Origin: Actinomycetales bacterium
GTDB taxonomy: Bacteria > Actinomycetota > Actinomycetes > Nanopelagicales > Nanopelagicaceae
NCBI GenBank assembly: GCA_018969585.1
Contig: JAGWYB010000001.1
Location: 4,821 to 68,820 of the forward strand
DNA: 64,000 nt
Reading direction: 5' to 3'
Numbering within the stretch: the first letter of the stretch is position 1; the number at the start of each line of letters is the position of its first letter. Made by a program: the position numbers and the translations under genes. This document shows, piece by piece, positions 1 through 9,760 of this stretch. The notes under the pieces are model-generated. The model was not told the DNA's origin. It was given only the letters and a program-made list of their open reading frames with translations, and made no database searches.

Positions 1-3000
1 CTCAAATGAACTTCTCTTGTTCCTGGGTGCGATCGGAGAATTTCCTTCATGCGGTCTACGACCGGAGGTGTACAGCGCTCTGCTTCGACGCGAATTATGT
101 ATGGCCCAATCGGAGCTTGATTTACATCGGGAATTGAAAGATCAATCGCAGTAATTCTTAGCGTTTCTTCTCGTTTATCAACTCGTCCTCTAATCGAGAC
201 AATTCTATCTTCGATCAGGTTTAAGGCGTGCTGTTGGTAAGAATTAGAGAAAAATAGAACGTCAACTGAGCCCTCTAAATCTTCAAGTGTGACAATCGCC
301 CATGTTGAACCTTGTCGACTAACTTTTCGCTGAACATTAGTAATTAACCCGGCGATCGTAAAAACACTTTCATGGCCGACGCTGTCATCAAGAAGTTGGC
401 TGATGGTTATATCTCTGGCATTTCTTAAAACGTGTTCGACACCCAAGAGCGGATGATCCGAGACATAAAGTCCGAGCATTTCTCTCTCGTAAGCAAGAAG
501 AAGCGACTTCTCCCATTCTTGATTTGGGATATCAAGCGCCACACCAGCGACCCCCGAAGTAATTTGGGTATTGCCGCCAAATAAATCGAATTGTCCAATT
601 GCTTCAGCTCTTTTCACTTCAGATACCGAATCAATTGCCTCTAGATAAACGCTCATCAGTCCTTGACGCGAATGTCCAAGTGAATCGAATGCGCCAGCTT
701 TAATCAAAGACTCGATGGTTTTCTTATTGCATACTGTTGCATCGACTTTCGCAAGAAAGTCTCCGAAGGATTCAAATCTTCCTTTTTCGTCTCGATTTCG
801 AGTAATAGAAGCTACGACGTTTTCGCCAACGTTTCTTATAGCCGCTAAACCAAACCGGATGTCGTTATTTCTAGGAGTGTATTCGGCATCTGATTCGTTT
901 ACATCGGGAGCGAGAACTTTAATTCCCATACGTCGGCATTCGCTCAGATATAAAGCGGTTTTCTCTTTATCGCTTTGTACGCTAGTGAGAAGCGCAGCCA
1001 TATATTCAGTTGGGTAATTTGCCTTCAAGTAAGCCGTCCAAAATGAAATTACTCCGTACCCGGCGCTATGCGCTCGATTGAAAGCGTAATCCGAGAACGG
1101 AATTAGAGTTTTCCATAATTCCTCAATAGCTCCGCTAGAAAATCCGTTTTTAGTCATGCCGGCTTCGAAGTGCACATATTCTTTATCAAGGATTTCTTTA
1201 TTCTTTTTTCCCATCGCCTTACGTAGAAGATCTGCTCGTGCAAGTGAAAAGCCAGCGACCTTTTGTGCGATGGCCATGACTTGTTCTTGATAGACAATTA
1301 GGCCGTACGTATCGTCAAGAATTTCACTCAGCGGTATTTGTAATTCCGGATGAATTGGTTCGATTCGCTTTCGCTTATTCTTTCGATCCGCATAATCATT
1401 ATGAGCGTTAACTCCCATCGGCCCCGGGCGATAGAGGGCGATCACAGCCGAGATGTCGGCGAAAGCGTCTGGGGCCATCGAGCGAAGTAAGGCTCTGATA
1501 GGAGCGCTATCTAATTGAAATACCCCTAATGTCTCCCCTCGGGAAAGTAATTCAAAGGTCTTTCCATCTGCAAGTTCTAACTCCTCAAGGACAACTTTCT
1601 TACCTCGATTCTTTTCGATGTTAGATATGCAGTCATCTAAAACAGAGAGATTTCGAAGTCCAAGGAAATCCATCTTTAGCAAACCAGTCGACTCACATGC
1701 GCTCATATCAAATTGAGTAATAGTGGCGCCATCAGTATCACGCCTATGAATTGGAATCACATCAAGAAGTGGTTCGCGACTTAAAATTACGCCAGCGGCA
1801 TGGACGCCTGGTTGGCGCTTAAGCCCTTCAATTCCGCGGGCCATATCCACAATTATTTTGGCATCGGAATCTTCTTCATATATGTTTCTAAACTCCTGAG
1901 CTTCTTGGAATCGTTCATGCTCCTTGTCAAATATTCCTGAGAGCGAAATGTCTTTGCCCATAATTGAAGGTGGAAGCGCCTTAGTTAATTTGTCACCGAG
2001 CGCGAATGGATAGCCCAGAACTCTTGTTGCATCTTTTATTGCTTGTTTTGATTTGATGGTATTAAAGGTGATGATCTGGGCAACTCGATCTTCACCATAC
2101 TTATCGATCGCATAGCGAATCATTTCGCTGCGGCGGCGCTCGTCGAAATCTAGATCAATATCGGGCATAGAAATTCGATCTGGATTAAGGAAACGCTCAA
2201 AGAGCAAGCCATGCACAATTGGATCGAGCGCAGTTATATCAAGTGAATAGGAAACTAGAGATCCTGCGGCAGAACCTCTACCGGGGCCAACTCTGATGCC
2301 AACTGATTTTGCGTGGGAAACTAAATCTGCCACGACGAGAAAATACCCAGCAAAACCCATCTTGGTCATAACTTCTAATTCGAAATCAAGCCGTTGTCGA
2401 TACTCTGGCGAAGGATTGGGTATCTTCTTTTCTAAACCTATTTTGGCTTGCTTTACTAGCCAAGAATTTTCATCTTCTCCGGAGGGTACCGGGAATTTCG
2501 GTAGCAGGTTTTCATTCTCGCGAAGTTTTACATTGCATCTCTCGGCTATCAGTAGAGTGTTATCGCAGGCAATTTCAACGTCTCTAAATAAATGACGCAT
2601 AGTTGCGGCGTCCTTTAAATAGAACTCATCGCTATCAAATTTGAATCTTTTTGGATCAGCCAGAGTGCTTCCGGAGCCAACTGAGAGAATTGCTTCGTGA
2701 TGACGGGCGTCGCCCTCGTATACATAATGAAGGTCATTAGTTGCTAGAAGTGGTATTCCAAGATCCTTGGAAAGTTGAAGTAATCCCTCTTTTACGCGCC
2801 GTTCAATTTCCAGACCGTGATCCATTAACTCAACAAAGTAGTTTCCTGAGCCGAATATTTCTAAGTACTTAGCCGCTGCAGCGCGGGCCTCGTTGTAGGC
2901 GCCCATCCGCAATCTAGTTTGGATTTCACCGCCGGGGCAACCAGTGGTTGCAATTAATCCCGATGAATATTTCTGGAGTAATTCCGCATCGATCCTTGGC

Positions 3001-3386
3001 TTGTAATAGAAACCTTCTAATGAGGCAAGCGAAGCTAATTTGAATAAGTTTGATAGACCAAGATTATTCTCAGCGAGAATTGTCATGTGGGTATATGCGC
3101 CTCCGCCTGAAACGTCATCCTCTCCGCCGTCTGCCCATTTGACTCGTTTCTTATCAAATCTAGATTCAGGAGCTACATATGCTTCGATTCCAATGATGGG
3201 TTTTACGCCTTCAGATTGCATTGATTTATAGAAATCAAAAGCGCCAAATACATTTCCGTGATCAGTAATCGCTATGGCGTTTCCGCCTTGTTTCTTTACT
3301 TCTTTCGCGAGTTGGTCGATTCGCGCAGCGCCATCGAGCATCGAATACTCGGTATGAACATGTAAATGCACGAATCCTTTGCTCAT
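1..3386 (-). CDS. dnaE: DNA polymerase III alpha subunit (DnaE1), C-terminus runs off the window
   Basis: It is absent from the ORF track because there is no stop codon in the window. The minus-strand frame from ATG 3386..3384 reads MSKGFVHLHVHTEYSMLDGA..., a PHP-domain N-terminus typical of DnaE, and stays open to position 1. The plus-strand ORFs at 715..3231 are short antisense artefacts. The lspA-rluD-dnaE neighbourhood is conserved in Actinobacteria. Confidence 0.85.
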   Translation of the reverse strand, partial: MSKGFVHLHVHTEYSMLDGAARIDQLAKEVKKQGGNAIAITDHGNVFGAFDFYKSMQSEGVKPIIGIEAYVAPESRFDKKRVKWADGGEDDVSGGGAYTHMTILAENNLGLSNLFKLASLASLEGFYYKPRIDAELLQKYSSGLIATTGCPGGEIQTRLRMGAYNEARAAAAKYLEIFGSGNYFVELMDHGLEIERRVKEGLLQLSKDLGIPLLATNDLHYVYEGDARHHEAILSVGSGSTLADPKRFKFDSDEFYLKDAATMRHLFRDVEIACDNTLLIAERCNVKLRENENLLPKFPVPSGEDENSWLVKQAKIGLEKKIPNPSPEYRQRLDFELEVMTKMGFAGYFLVVADLVSHAKSVGIRVGPGRGSAAGSLVSYSLDITALDPIVHGLLFERFLNPDRISMPDIDLDFDERRRSEMIRYAIDKYGEDRVAQIITFNTIKSKQAIKDATRVLGYPFALGDKLTKALPPSIMGKDISLSGIFDKEHERFQEAQEFRNIYEEDSDAKIIVDMARGIEGLKRQPGVHAAGVILSREPLLDVIPIHRRDTDGATITQFDMSACESTGLLKMDFLGLRNLSVLDDCISNIEKNRGKKVVLEELELADGKTFELLSRGETLGVFQLDSAPIRALLRSMAPDAFADISAVIALYRPGPMGVNAHNDYADRKNKRKRIEPIHPELQIPLSEILDDTYGLIVYQEQVMAIAQKVAGFSLARADLLRKAMGKKNKEILDKEYVHFEAGMTKNGFSSGAIEELWKTLIPFSDYAFNRAHSAGYGVISFWTAYLKANYPTEYMAALLTSVQSDKEKTALYLSECRRMGIKVLAPDVNESDAEYTPRNNDIRFGLAAIRNVGENVVASITRNRDEKGRFESFGDFLAKVDATVCNKKTIESLIKAGAFDSLGHSRQGLMSVYLEAIDSVSEVKRAEAIGQFDLFGGNTQITSGVAGVALDIPNQEWEKSLLLAYEREMLGLYVSDHPLLGVEHVLRNARDITISQLLDDSVGHESVFTIAGLITNVQRKVSRQGSTWAIVTLEDLEGSVDVLFFSNSYQQHALNLIEDRIVSIRGRVDKREETLRITAIDLSIPDVNQAPIGPYIIRVEAERCTPPVVDRMKEILRSHPGTREVHL

Positions 3387-3408
3387 GGGCGGTGAGATTA
3401 CTACCCGG

Positions 3409-4347
3409 CTAGGACGTTGCGGTTAAAATCGAAAGGGCGCGTTTTAGGTCCTCGGGGTACGGTGACGAGAGCGCAATTCGTTTGCCGCTAGTGGGTTGCA
3501 GAAAGGCCAATTCCATCGCGTGGAGCCAAGGTCGACGCAGCTCCAAACGATCGGCTAACACTGGATCTGCGCCATATGCCAGGTCGCCAACCAACGGATG
3601 GCGTAGCGCATTGAAGTGAACTCTGATCTGATGCGTTCTTCCAGTCTCAAGTTCGATTCTTAGCAAGCTAGTACCCGCTAGATATTCAATCAATTCGAAA
3701 TGGGTGATGCTGGGTTTCCCATCTGCAACCACAGCGAATCGATAATCTTCACGAGGATGTCTTCCAATAGGAGCATCAATAGTTCCTTCTGGCGGATCCA
3801 TATGCCCTTGAACTAATGCGTGATAAACCTTCTCAACTTTTCTCAATCTAAATTGATCTTTTAAATTGAGATATGCGTCCTCATTTTTTGCTACGACCAT
3901 TAGACCTGAAGTTCCTACATCGAGCCTTTGAACAATTCCTTTTCTCTCCTCCGATCCCGAGGTTGAGATTCTGCAACCCAGAGAGATGAGATCACCAAGA
4001 ACTGTCGGTCCCTGCCAACCAGGACTTGGGTGAGCTGCAGTGCCCACCGGTTTATCGACTACAACGACGTCGTCATCTTCGTAAACAACTTGAATAGATT
4101 CACTTGTTACCCTGGTGAAATCCAACGGATCAATGACCTCTGGTAACTTAACGTCGATTCTTTTACCCGCAATGACTCGATCAGATTTAGATAGCTGCGT
4201 TTTCCCTAATCGCACTCTGCCTGCATTTAATAAATCAGCCGCAGCGCTGCGAGATACCTCTAATAGTTTGGAAATTGCGATGTCTGCTCGCTCGCCGTTT
4301 AGTTCATCGGTAACTTCAACCGAGCGGTGTTCGCCCTCGCCGGTCAT
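3409..4347 (-). CDS. rluD: RluA-family 23S rRNA pseudouridine synthase (RluD-like)
   Basis: 312 aa with an S4-like N-terminus and the catalytic motif HRLDVGTSGLMVVAKN. Its start overlaps the lspA stop by 4 nt. Confidence 0.85.
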   Translation of the reverse strand: MTGEGEHRSVEVTDELNGERADIAISKLLEVSRSAAADLLNAGRVRLGKTQLSKSDRVIAGKRIDVKLPEVIDPLDFTRVTSESIQVVYEDDDVVVVDKPVGTAAHPSPGWQGPTVLGDLISLGCRISTSGSEERKGIVQRLDVGTSGLMVVAKNEDAYLNLKDQFRLRKVEKVYHALVQGHMDPPEGTIDAPIGRHPREDYRFAVVADGKPSITHFELIEYLAGTSLLRIELETGRTHQIRVHFNALRHPLVGDLAYGADPVLADRLELRRPWLHAMELAFLQPTSGKRIALSSPYPEDLKRALSILTATS

Positions 4348-4907
4348 CTCTCGACTCCCTGAGAGTCGCTTTCCCCACGGTTTTCACGATCATCGCGAAA
4401 CGGAATATTGAAGGTAGCGAGCAGGGCCAGGCTTATCCCAGCAATCACAATTGCGCTATCTGCAATATTGAAAGTTGGCCAATTGGGGAGTTCTATCCAA
4501 TCGATAACCTCTCCGCGCCATACGCCAGGCGGTCTAAATATTCGATCAAAGAGATTGCCGAGTACTCCACCCAACAACAGAGACATCGCTATTGCCCAGC
4601 GCAAACTCGTCACCTGGCGAATGAAATAGATTAATAATCCAGCGACTACCATCTTGAGCGTCGTGAGAATCAGGGTGGCTTCAGTCAATACGTTAAAAGC
4701 TGCACCTGAATTTGTAGAATAGGAAAACTTAAGGAATTCACCAATAACTTTTATATCCGGTGCATAACGTAGATACGTTTCAGCCCAATTCTTTGTGGCT
4801 AGATCTAGACCGAAGATTCCAGTCGAAACGATAATGAAATATCGACCTATCCGGGTATTGACCGAGGAAGTCAGCGGCGCTCTTCTTTCTGCTTGCAGAC
4901 CATACAT
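4344..4907 (-). CDS. lspA: Lipoprotein signal peptidase II
   Basis: 187 aa polytopic membrane protein with the conserved motifs NSGAAFN and FNIADSAI. The exact start is uncertain because the longest ORF overlaps the upstream gene by 37 nt. Confidence 0.85.
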   Translation of the reverse strand: MYGLQAERRAPLTSSVNTRIGRYFIIVSTGIFGLDLATKNWAETYLRYAPDIKVIGEFLKFSYSTNSGAAFNVLTEATLILTTLKMVVAGLLIYFIRQVTSLRWAIAMSLLLGGVLGNLFDRIFRPPGVWRGEVIDWIELPNWPTFNIADSAIVIAGISLALLATFNIPFRDDRENRGESDSQGVER

Positions 4908-5641
4908 AGCGTCGCTCTAGGGAAAACTTTTAACCTAGCCTTGCCAATTGGATTTCCACAATCTTCACATCGACCATAGGTCTTAGTATCAATTCTCTCA
5001 AGCGCTCTCTCAGTTTGTAAGACCATATCTCTAGCGTTATAAACCAAAGACATTTCATGTTCGCGCTCAAAAGTTTTAGTTCCAGCATCTGCTTGATCAT
5101 CGCCAGCGCCGACGCCTGATGCTTCTATTAGAGCGTCCATCTCGCTCTCAACTTCTGCCAACTCTTCTCTCAAACGAATCAAGTCTTTTGCCAATTCACT
5201 CCGAATCGCCTTTAGTTCCAGTGCAGTCCAATTTTCGGCACCTTCGCTAACAACTAGTGGGGCGGGCGCTGCCTTTATCGGTTTAAGTGGAGCAGGTTTT
5301 TTTCCAGGCTTAACTTTGCGGATGGGCGGTGGTAGCACCAAACGCTTCTCTTCGACAACTGCTATGTCGCTCGATTCGATTTCGGGTTTATAAACGGAGA
5401 TTGTTGTAGCACCTTTTGCAGTACTAGAGGTCAAGGCCGTTTTATGCTGTCCCTTGATAATTGAGGGCGCTGCCTTTTTAGCAGTTTTCAAGAGCGGTTT
5501 TTTAGGTTGAGTAGGTTTAGCAATCTTCTTTACGACTGGCTTCTTTGCGACTGGCTTCTTTACCGCAGCCTTCTTCGATTTAGGTGCTTGCTTTTTAGCA
5601 GCCTTGTTCGGACTTTTCTTCGAGGTTTTTTTTAAAGGCAC
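4871..5641 (-). CDS. DksA/TraR C4 zinc-finger protein with a Lys/Ala/Pro-rich histone-like N-terminal tail
   Basis: 256 aa. The N-terminal ~60 aa are KKxA/KKPV repeats. A central coiled-coil region follows (ELKAIRSELAKDLIRLREELAEVESEMDAL). The C-terminal zinc finger is CEDC-x17-CMVC. Confidence 0.75.
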   Translation of the reverse strand: MPLKKTSKKSPNKAAKKQAPKSKKAAVKKPVAKKPVVKKIAKPTQPKKPLLKTAKKAAPSIIKGQHKTALTSSTAKGATTISVYKPEIESSDIAVVEEKRLVLPPPIRKVKPGKKPAPLKPIKAAPAPLVVSEGAENWTALELKAIRSELAKDLIRLREELAEVESEMDALIEASGVGAGDDQADAGTKTFEREHEMSLVYNARDMVLQTERALERIDTKTYGRCEDCGNPIGKARLKVFPRATLCMVCKQKEERR

Positions 5642-5699
5642 AGCGCCGAAGGCTAGGGGTTCGCTAGCCCAATTGCCACTCGCCGCGGTTCTTGGATTA

Positions 5700-5890
5700 C
5701 AATTCGAGGACTTGCTTAAGAATACGCAGTGACCGGGCCATCACCCGAGAGCGTGTCGGAAGAAATGCGCCGAGAGGCCAAGTAGAGCCGACTGCAAGTT
5801 AGAGGTTCGCCGGAAGGTGAACAAGGTGGGTGGTACCGCGGTCATCGATCGCCCCTCCAATTCAGATCAAGAGATCGAACCGGAGGAATC
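5700..5890 (+). promoter_or_regulatory. T-box leader of ileS, probably the translational type
   Basis: The conserved T-box sequence GGTGGGTGGTACCGCG lies at 5825..5840. An anti-SD CCTCC at 5854..5858 can pair with the SD GGAGG at 5882..5886, just upstream of the GTG start at 5891. A candidate Ile specifier ATC is at 5750..5752. The 5-prime boundary is approximate. Confidence 0.7.
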
Positions 5891-8800
5891 GTGCCAGGCA
5901 AGTCGCCATATCAACCGCTTAGCCCTCAGATTGATCTGCCTGCGATTGAAAAATCAATTTTAGAGTTTTGGAAAAACGAAGATATTTTTCACAGAAGCGT
6001 GACTTCGCGCAGTGGCGGCGCATCGTGGACTTTTTATGAGGGTCCGCCAACTGCAAATGGAATGCCGGGTACTCACCATATTGAAGCGCGCGTGTTCAAA
6101 GATGTCTTTCCTCGTTTCCACACTATGAAAGGTAAGCATGTAATCCGAAAAGCTGGATGGGATTGTCATGGGCTTCCAGTTGAAATCGCAGTTGAGAAAG
6201 AATTGGGATTTTCCGGAAAAGGCGATATCGAGAAGTTTGGAATTGCTCAATTTAACGAAAAGTGTCGCGAATCCGTCCAGCGACATGTAGACGCATTTAC
6301 GGAAATGACCGAGCGAATGGGATTCTGGGTTGATTTTGATGAGGCTTATTGGACGATGTCGGATGAGTACATTGAAAGTGTTTGGTGGTCCCTAACAGAA
6401 ATTCATAAGAAGGGACTTTTAGTTCAAGATCATCGAGTTGCGCCCTACTGCCCAAGATGTGGGACTGGTCTCTCAGATCATGAACTTGCTCAGGGCTATG
6501 AAACTGTTACTGATCCTTCTGTTTATGTTCGCTTCCCCGTAACTTCAGGCGAATTAGCAGAACTACAAGCTAGTTTTCTGGTCTGGACAACGACTCCTTG
6601 GACTTTGGTCTCGAATACCGCAATTGCGGTAAATCCCGAAGTGACTTATTTAGTCGTACGAACTGCAGAAACCGAAAAACAGAAATCAGAAGTCCTAATA
6701 GTCGCAGAACCACTTGTGAACGTAGTAGGGCCAAATTATGAAGTGTTAAAACGATTGCCTGGAAAAGACTTGGAAAAAATTAATTATCAGAGACCATTCG
6801 ATATGGTTGAAATTCCTGAATCTCATTTCATCGTGCTTGCTGATTATGTAACAACCGAAGATGGAACTGGTTTGGTTCACCAATCACCTGCTTTTGGTGC
6901 CGACGACCTAGCAACTTGTCGAAGATACGGTCTACCAGTTGTGAATCCAGTGTCTGCAAGTGGTCATTTTGATTCCAAATTGCCGCTAATCGGAGATATG
7001 TTTTTCAAGGAAGCCGATAAGCCACTCGTAAGATCTCTGAAAGAGAGTGGAAAGCTATTCAAACAGCAGCCTTATGAGCACTCATACCCTCACTGCTGGA
7101 GATGCCACACCCCTCTGATTTATTACGCCCAACCATCTTGGTACATCAGAACTACGAAACTTAAAGACGAACTGCTACGAGAAAATGCCGCGACGGACTG
7201 GCATCCGGAAACCATTAAAACTGGGCGCTTTGGAGATTGGCTTAATAACAATGTCGACTGGGCGCTCTCCCGAAACCGCTATTGGGGCACGCCACTTCCT
7301 ATTTGGCGTTGCGAGGATGGACACGAGAAGTCGGTTCCTTCGCGAAGTGAACTTTCTAAATTAGCTGGAAGGGATTTAGCGGAGCTTGAATTACACCGTC
7401 CTTATGTAGATGAAGTTGTATTCAATTGTGACGAGTGTAAAAAAATAATGAAACGAACTCCCGAAGTTATAGATTGTTGGTACGACTCGGGCGCGATGCC
7501 ATTTGCGCAGTGGGGGTATCCGCACAAGGAAGGATCTGAGAAAAAGTTTAAAGATTCTTACCCTGCGGACTTTATTTGCGAAGCTATTGACCAGACCAGA
7601 GGCTGGTTTTACACGCTAATGGCAATTGGAACTATGGTTTTCGATAAATCATCATATAAAACCGTTCTCTGTCTCGGTCATATTCTTGATAAAGATGGTC
7701 GAAAGATGAGCAAACATCTTGGAAATGTATTGGAACCAATGCCATTGATGAATCGGCATGGAGCTGATGCCGTTCGCTGGTACATGCTCGCCTCAGGATC
7801 TCCATGGAGCGCGCGTAGAGTTGGGCACGAAATCATCTCTGAAGTCGTTAGAAAAACTCTTTTAACTTACTGGAATACCGTATCTTTTCTAGCGCTCTAC
7901 GCGAGTGCGTCCGACTTCGTGCCATCTGCTGTAGCGGCTCCAAAAGACCGACCTATGATGGATCGCTGGATACTAAGCGAACTAAACAGTGTCATTAAAT
8001 TAGTTGATAACTCTTACGAGAATTTTGATTCTCAAGGTGCTGGTGCAGCTCTCTCCCAGTTTATTGATGACTTATCCAATTGGTATGTGCGACGATCTCG
8101 ACGCCGCTTTTGGGATGGTGACCCAGCAGCGCTTGCCACACTGCACACATGTCTTGAGACAGTTACTTTACTGATGGCTCCGATGGTCCCATTTATCACT
8201 GAGCACGTATGGCAATCATTAAATCGCGTAGTAGATCCAAAACTTCCAGTATCAGTTCATCTCGCAGATTTTCCGATTTCTGATGAATCTCTAATTGACG
8301 AAAACTTATCTATGAACGTTTCCCTAGCGAGAAGGCTGGTCGAATTAGGACGCGCCGCTAGAGCTCAATCTCAACTTAAAGTCCGACAGCCGCTTTCGCG
8401 TGCTCTCATATCAGCAACCGGCTGGAAGGGACTTCCTAAGGAGTTGAAAGAACAAATTGCGGATGAATTGAACGTTGAACAATTAGATGACCTTGCTGGA
8501 GTGGGCAGCGAACTTGTGGACATCACCGTTAAAGCTAATTTCAAATCTCTAGGAAGCCGTTATGGCGCAACTGTGCAGGAGATAGCAAAGTCGATTGCGT
8601 CAGCTAATCCAGTAAATCTGGTTTCCTCAATTAGAAACCAGGGCGAGGCCGAAATCGTTGCTGCTGGAGAGTCATATCGGATTATCGAATCTGATCTGGT
8701 GATTACTGAGACTCCGAGATCGGGATGGTCAGTCGCATCTCATGCCGGCGAAAGCGTCGCCCTAGATCTCGCCTTAGATCAACGATTGATTGATAAAGGA

Positions 8801-9031
8801 GTAGTTCGCGAAGCAATTCGAGCAATTCAAGATGAGCGAAAGAGCTCTGGCTTTGAAGTTACGGACCGAATTCGCATCAAATGGAATAGCCGGCCGGAAT
8901 TTATATCCGCAATTAGTGGCGCAATCGATCACATAAAAGATGAAGTACTCGCGGTAGAGATGGAATTACGCCCAGAGCTTCCATTCGGAGTCGATGAATT
9001 AGGTTTAAAACTTGAACTTCGAATTAACTAA
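5891..9031 (+). CDS. ileS: Isoleucyl-tRNA synthetase
   Basis: 1046 aa with a GTG start, a class I HIGH-region (PGTHHIEARV) and a KMSKS motif (KMSKHLGN). Confidence 0.95.
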   Translation: MPGKSPYQPLSPQIDLPAIEKSILEFWKNEDIFHRSVTSRSGGASWTFYEGPPTANGMPGTHHIEARVFKDVFPRFHTMKGKHVIRKAGWDCHGLPVEIAVEKELGFSGKGDIEKFGIAQFNEKCRESVQRHVDAFTEMTERMGFWVDFDEAYWTMSDEYIESVWWSLTEIHKKGLLVQDHRVAPYCPRCGTGLSDHELAQGYETVTDPSVYVRFPVTSGELAELQASFLVWTTTPWTLVSNTAIAVNPEVTYLVVRTAETEKQKSEVLIVAEPLVNVVGPNYEVLKRLPGKDLEKINYQRPFDMVEIPESHFIVLADYVTTEDGTGLVHQSPAFGADDLATCRRYGLPVVNPVSASGHFDSKLPLIGDMFFKEADKPLVRSLKESGKLFKQQPYEHSYPHCWRCHTPLIYYAQPSWYIRTTKLKDELLRENAATDWHPETIKTGRFGDWLNNNVDWALSRNRYWGTPLPIWRCEDGHEKSVPSRSELSKLAGRDLAELELHRPYVDEVVFNCDECKKIMKRTPEVIDCWYDSGAMPFAQWGYPHKEGSEKKFKDSYPADFICEAIDQTRGWFYTLMAIGTMVFDKSSYKTVLCLGHILDKDGRKMSKHLGNVLEPMPLMNRHGADAVRWYMLASGSPWSARRVGHEIISEVVRKTLLTYWNTVSFLALYASASDFVPSAVAAPKDRPMMDRWILSELNSVIKLVDNSYENFDSQGAGAALSQFIDDLSNWYVRRSRRRFWDGDPAALATLHTCLETVTLLMAPMVPFITEHVWQSLNRVVDPKLPVSVHLADFPISDESLIDENLSMNVSLARRLVELGRAARAQSQLKVRQPLSRALISATGWKGLPKELKEQIADELNVEQLDDLAGVGSELVDITVKANFKSLGSRYGATVQEIAKSIASANPVNLVSSIRNQGEAEIVAAGESYRIIESDLVITETPRSGWSVASHAGESVALDLALDQRLIDKGVVREAIRAIQDERKSSGFEVTDRIRIKWNSRPEFISAISGAIDHIKDEVLAVEMELRPELPFGVDELGLKLELRIN

Positions 9032-9302
9032 GAATTCCAGTGAGTATCGAAATCGCAAAGAACAAGAGAATAAAAGATAAATCAAGGGCGACCGGCCCTA
9101 ATCGCAATGGCGGCACAAACCTTCGAACGAAGGAAAGTGGACGATCGGTAAGAGTGTAAATAATTTCAGCAAGAGGCATCAAAATGCCCCGTGGTCTCCA
9201 ATCGGGACGGAACATCCTGACGTAATCCAGAATTAATCGCGCAAAAAGCGCTAAGAGAAATATATTAAGTGCAAAAACGATCCAGCCAGTGATGTTGATC
9301 AA
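9024..9302 (-). CDS. yggT: YggT/YlmG family membrane protein
   Basis: 92 aa small hydrophobic protein directly downstream of sepF, which is the canonical dcw-distal position. Confidence 0.75.
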   Translation of the reverse strand: MINITGWIVFALNIFLLALFARLILDYVRMFRPDWRPRGILMPLAEIIYTLTDRPLSFVRRFVPPLRLGPVALDLSFILLFFAISILTGILS

Positions 9303-9304
9303 GA

Positions 9305-9751
9305 TTAGCTTTGATTAAACAGGCTTGCTTGCGCGGCGGCGCTCTTCTCTTCGCCACTTACAGTCACATTTGGAGGAGTTAATAAGAATACTTTCGAAGT
9401 TACTCGCTCAATCGTGCCTGCGTGGCCAAAAACGAGTCCCGAAGCAAAATCGATCAACCGTTTTCTCTCAGACTCTTCCATGTCACTAAGATTCATAATT
9501 ACCGGATTACCTTCGCGGTAATACTCACCGATTGCTCGGGCTTCGCTATAAAAACGAGGCGTGATGGTAACTATCCGATCCATACTCCCCTGAGGTTGCG
9601 GCAGAGCGCTCTGGGCAACACTTAATCTGGGTGTTGATGGTGTCGATGGTTTTGCGACTTTAACTGCCGGACGATCAATAGCAGGCGTTTGCGAACCATC
9701 ATCTTCAGTTAGACCGAGATAATTCGTCATTCTTCTCAGGGCGCTAGACAT
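9305..9751 (-). CDS. sepF: Cell division protein SepF
   Basis: 148 aa. It has an N-terminal amphipathic MSSALRRMTNYLGL segment, a disordered linker and a conserved C-terminal domain. It sits between yggS and yggT. Confidence 0.85.
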   Translation of the reverse strand: MSSALRRMTNYLGLTEDDGSQTPAIDRPAVKVAKPSTPSTPRLSVAQSALPQPQGSMDRIVTITPRFYSEARAIGEYYREGNPVIMNLSDMEESERKRLIDFASGLVFGHAGTIERVTSKVFLLTPPNVTVSGEEKSAAAQASLFNQS

Positions 9752-9760
9752 GGGTAAATT

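Noticed and set aside
715-3231. Plus-strand ORFs of 63-100 aa (715..1017, 2296..2595, 3040..3231).
   Set aside because: They lie antisense to an uninterrupted minus-strand frame that encodes a recognisable DnaE1. Their compositions are Ser/Arg/Phe-rich and typical of antisense translation.
5651-5669. A short hairpin, GGCTAG-GGGTTCG-CTAGCC, next to the start of the DksA-like gene.
   Set aside because: It has only 6 bp and no T-tract. It lies in a divergent promoter region, and I cannot assign it a function.
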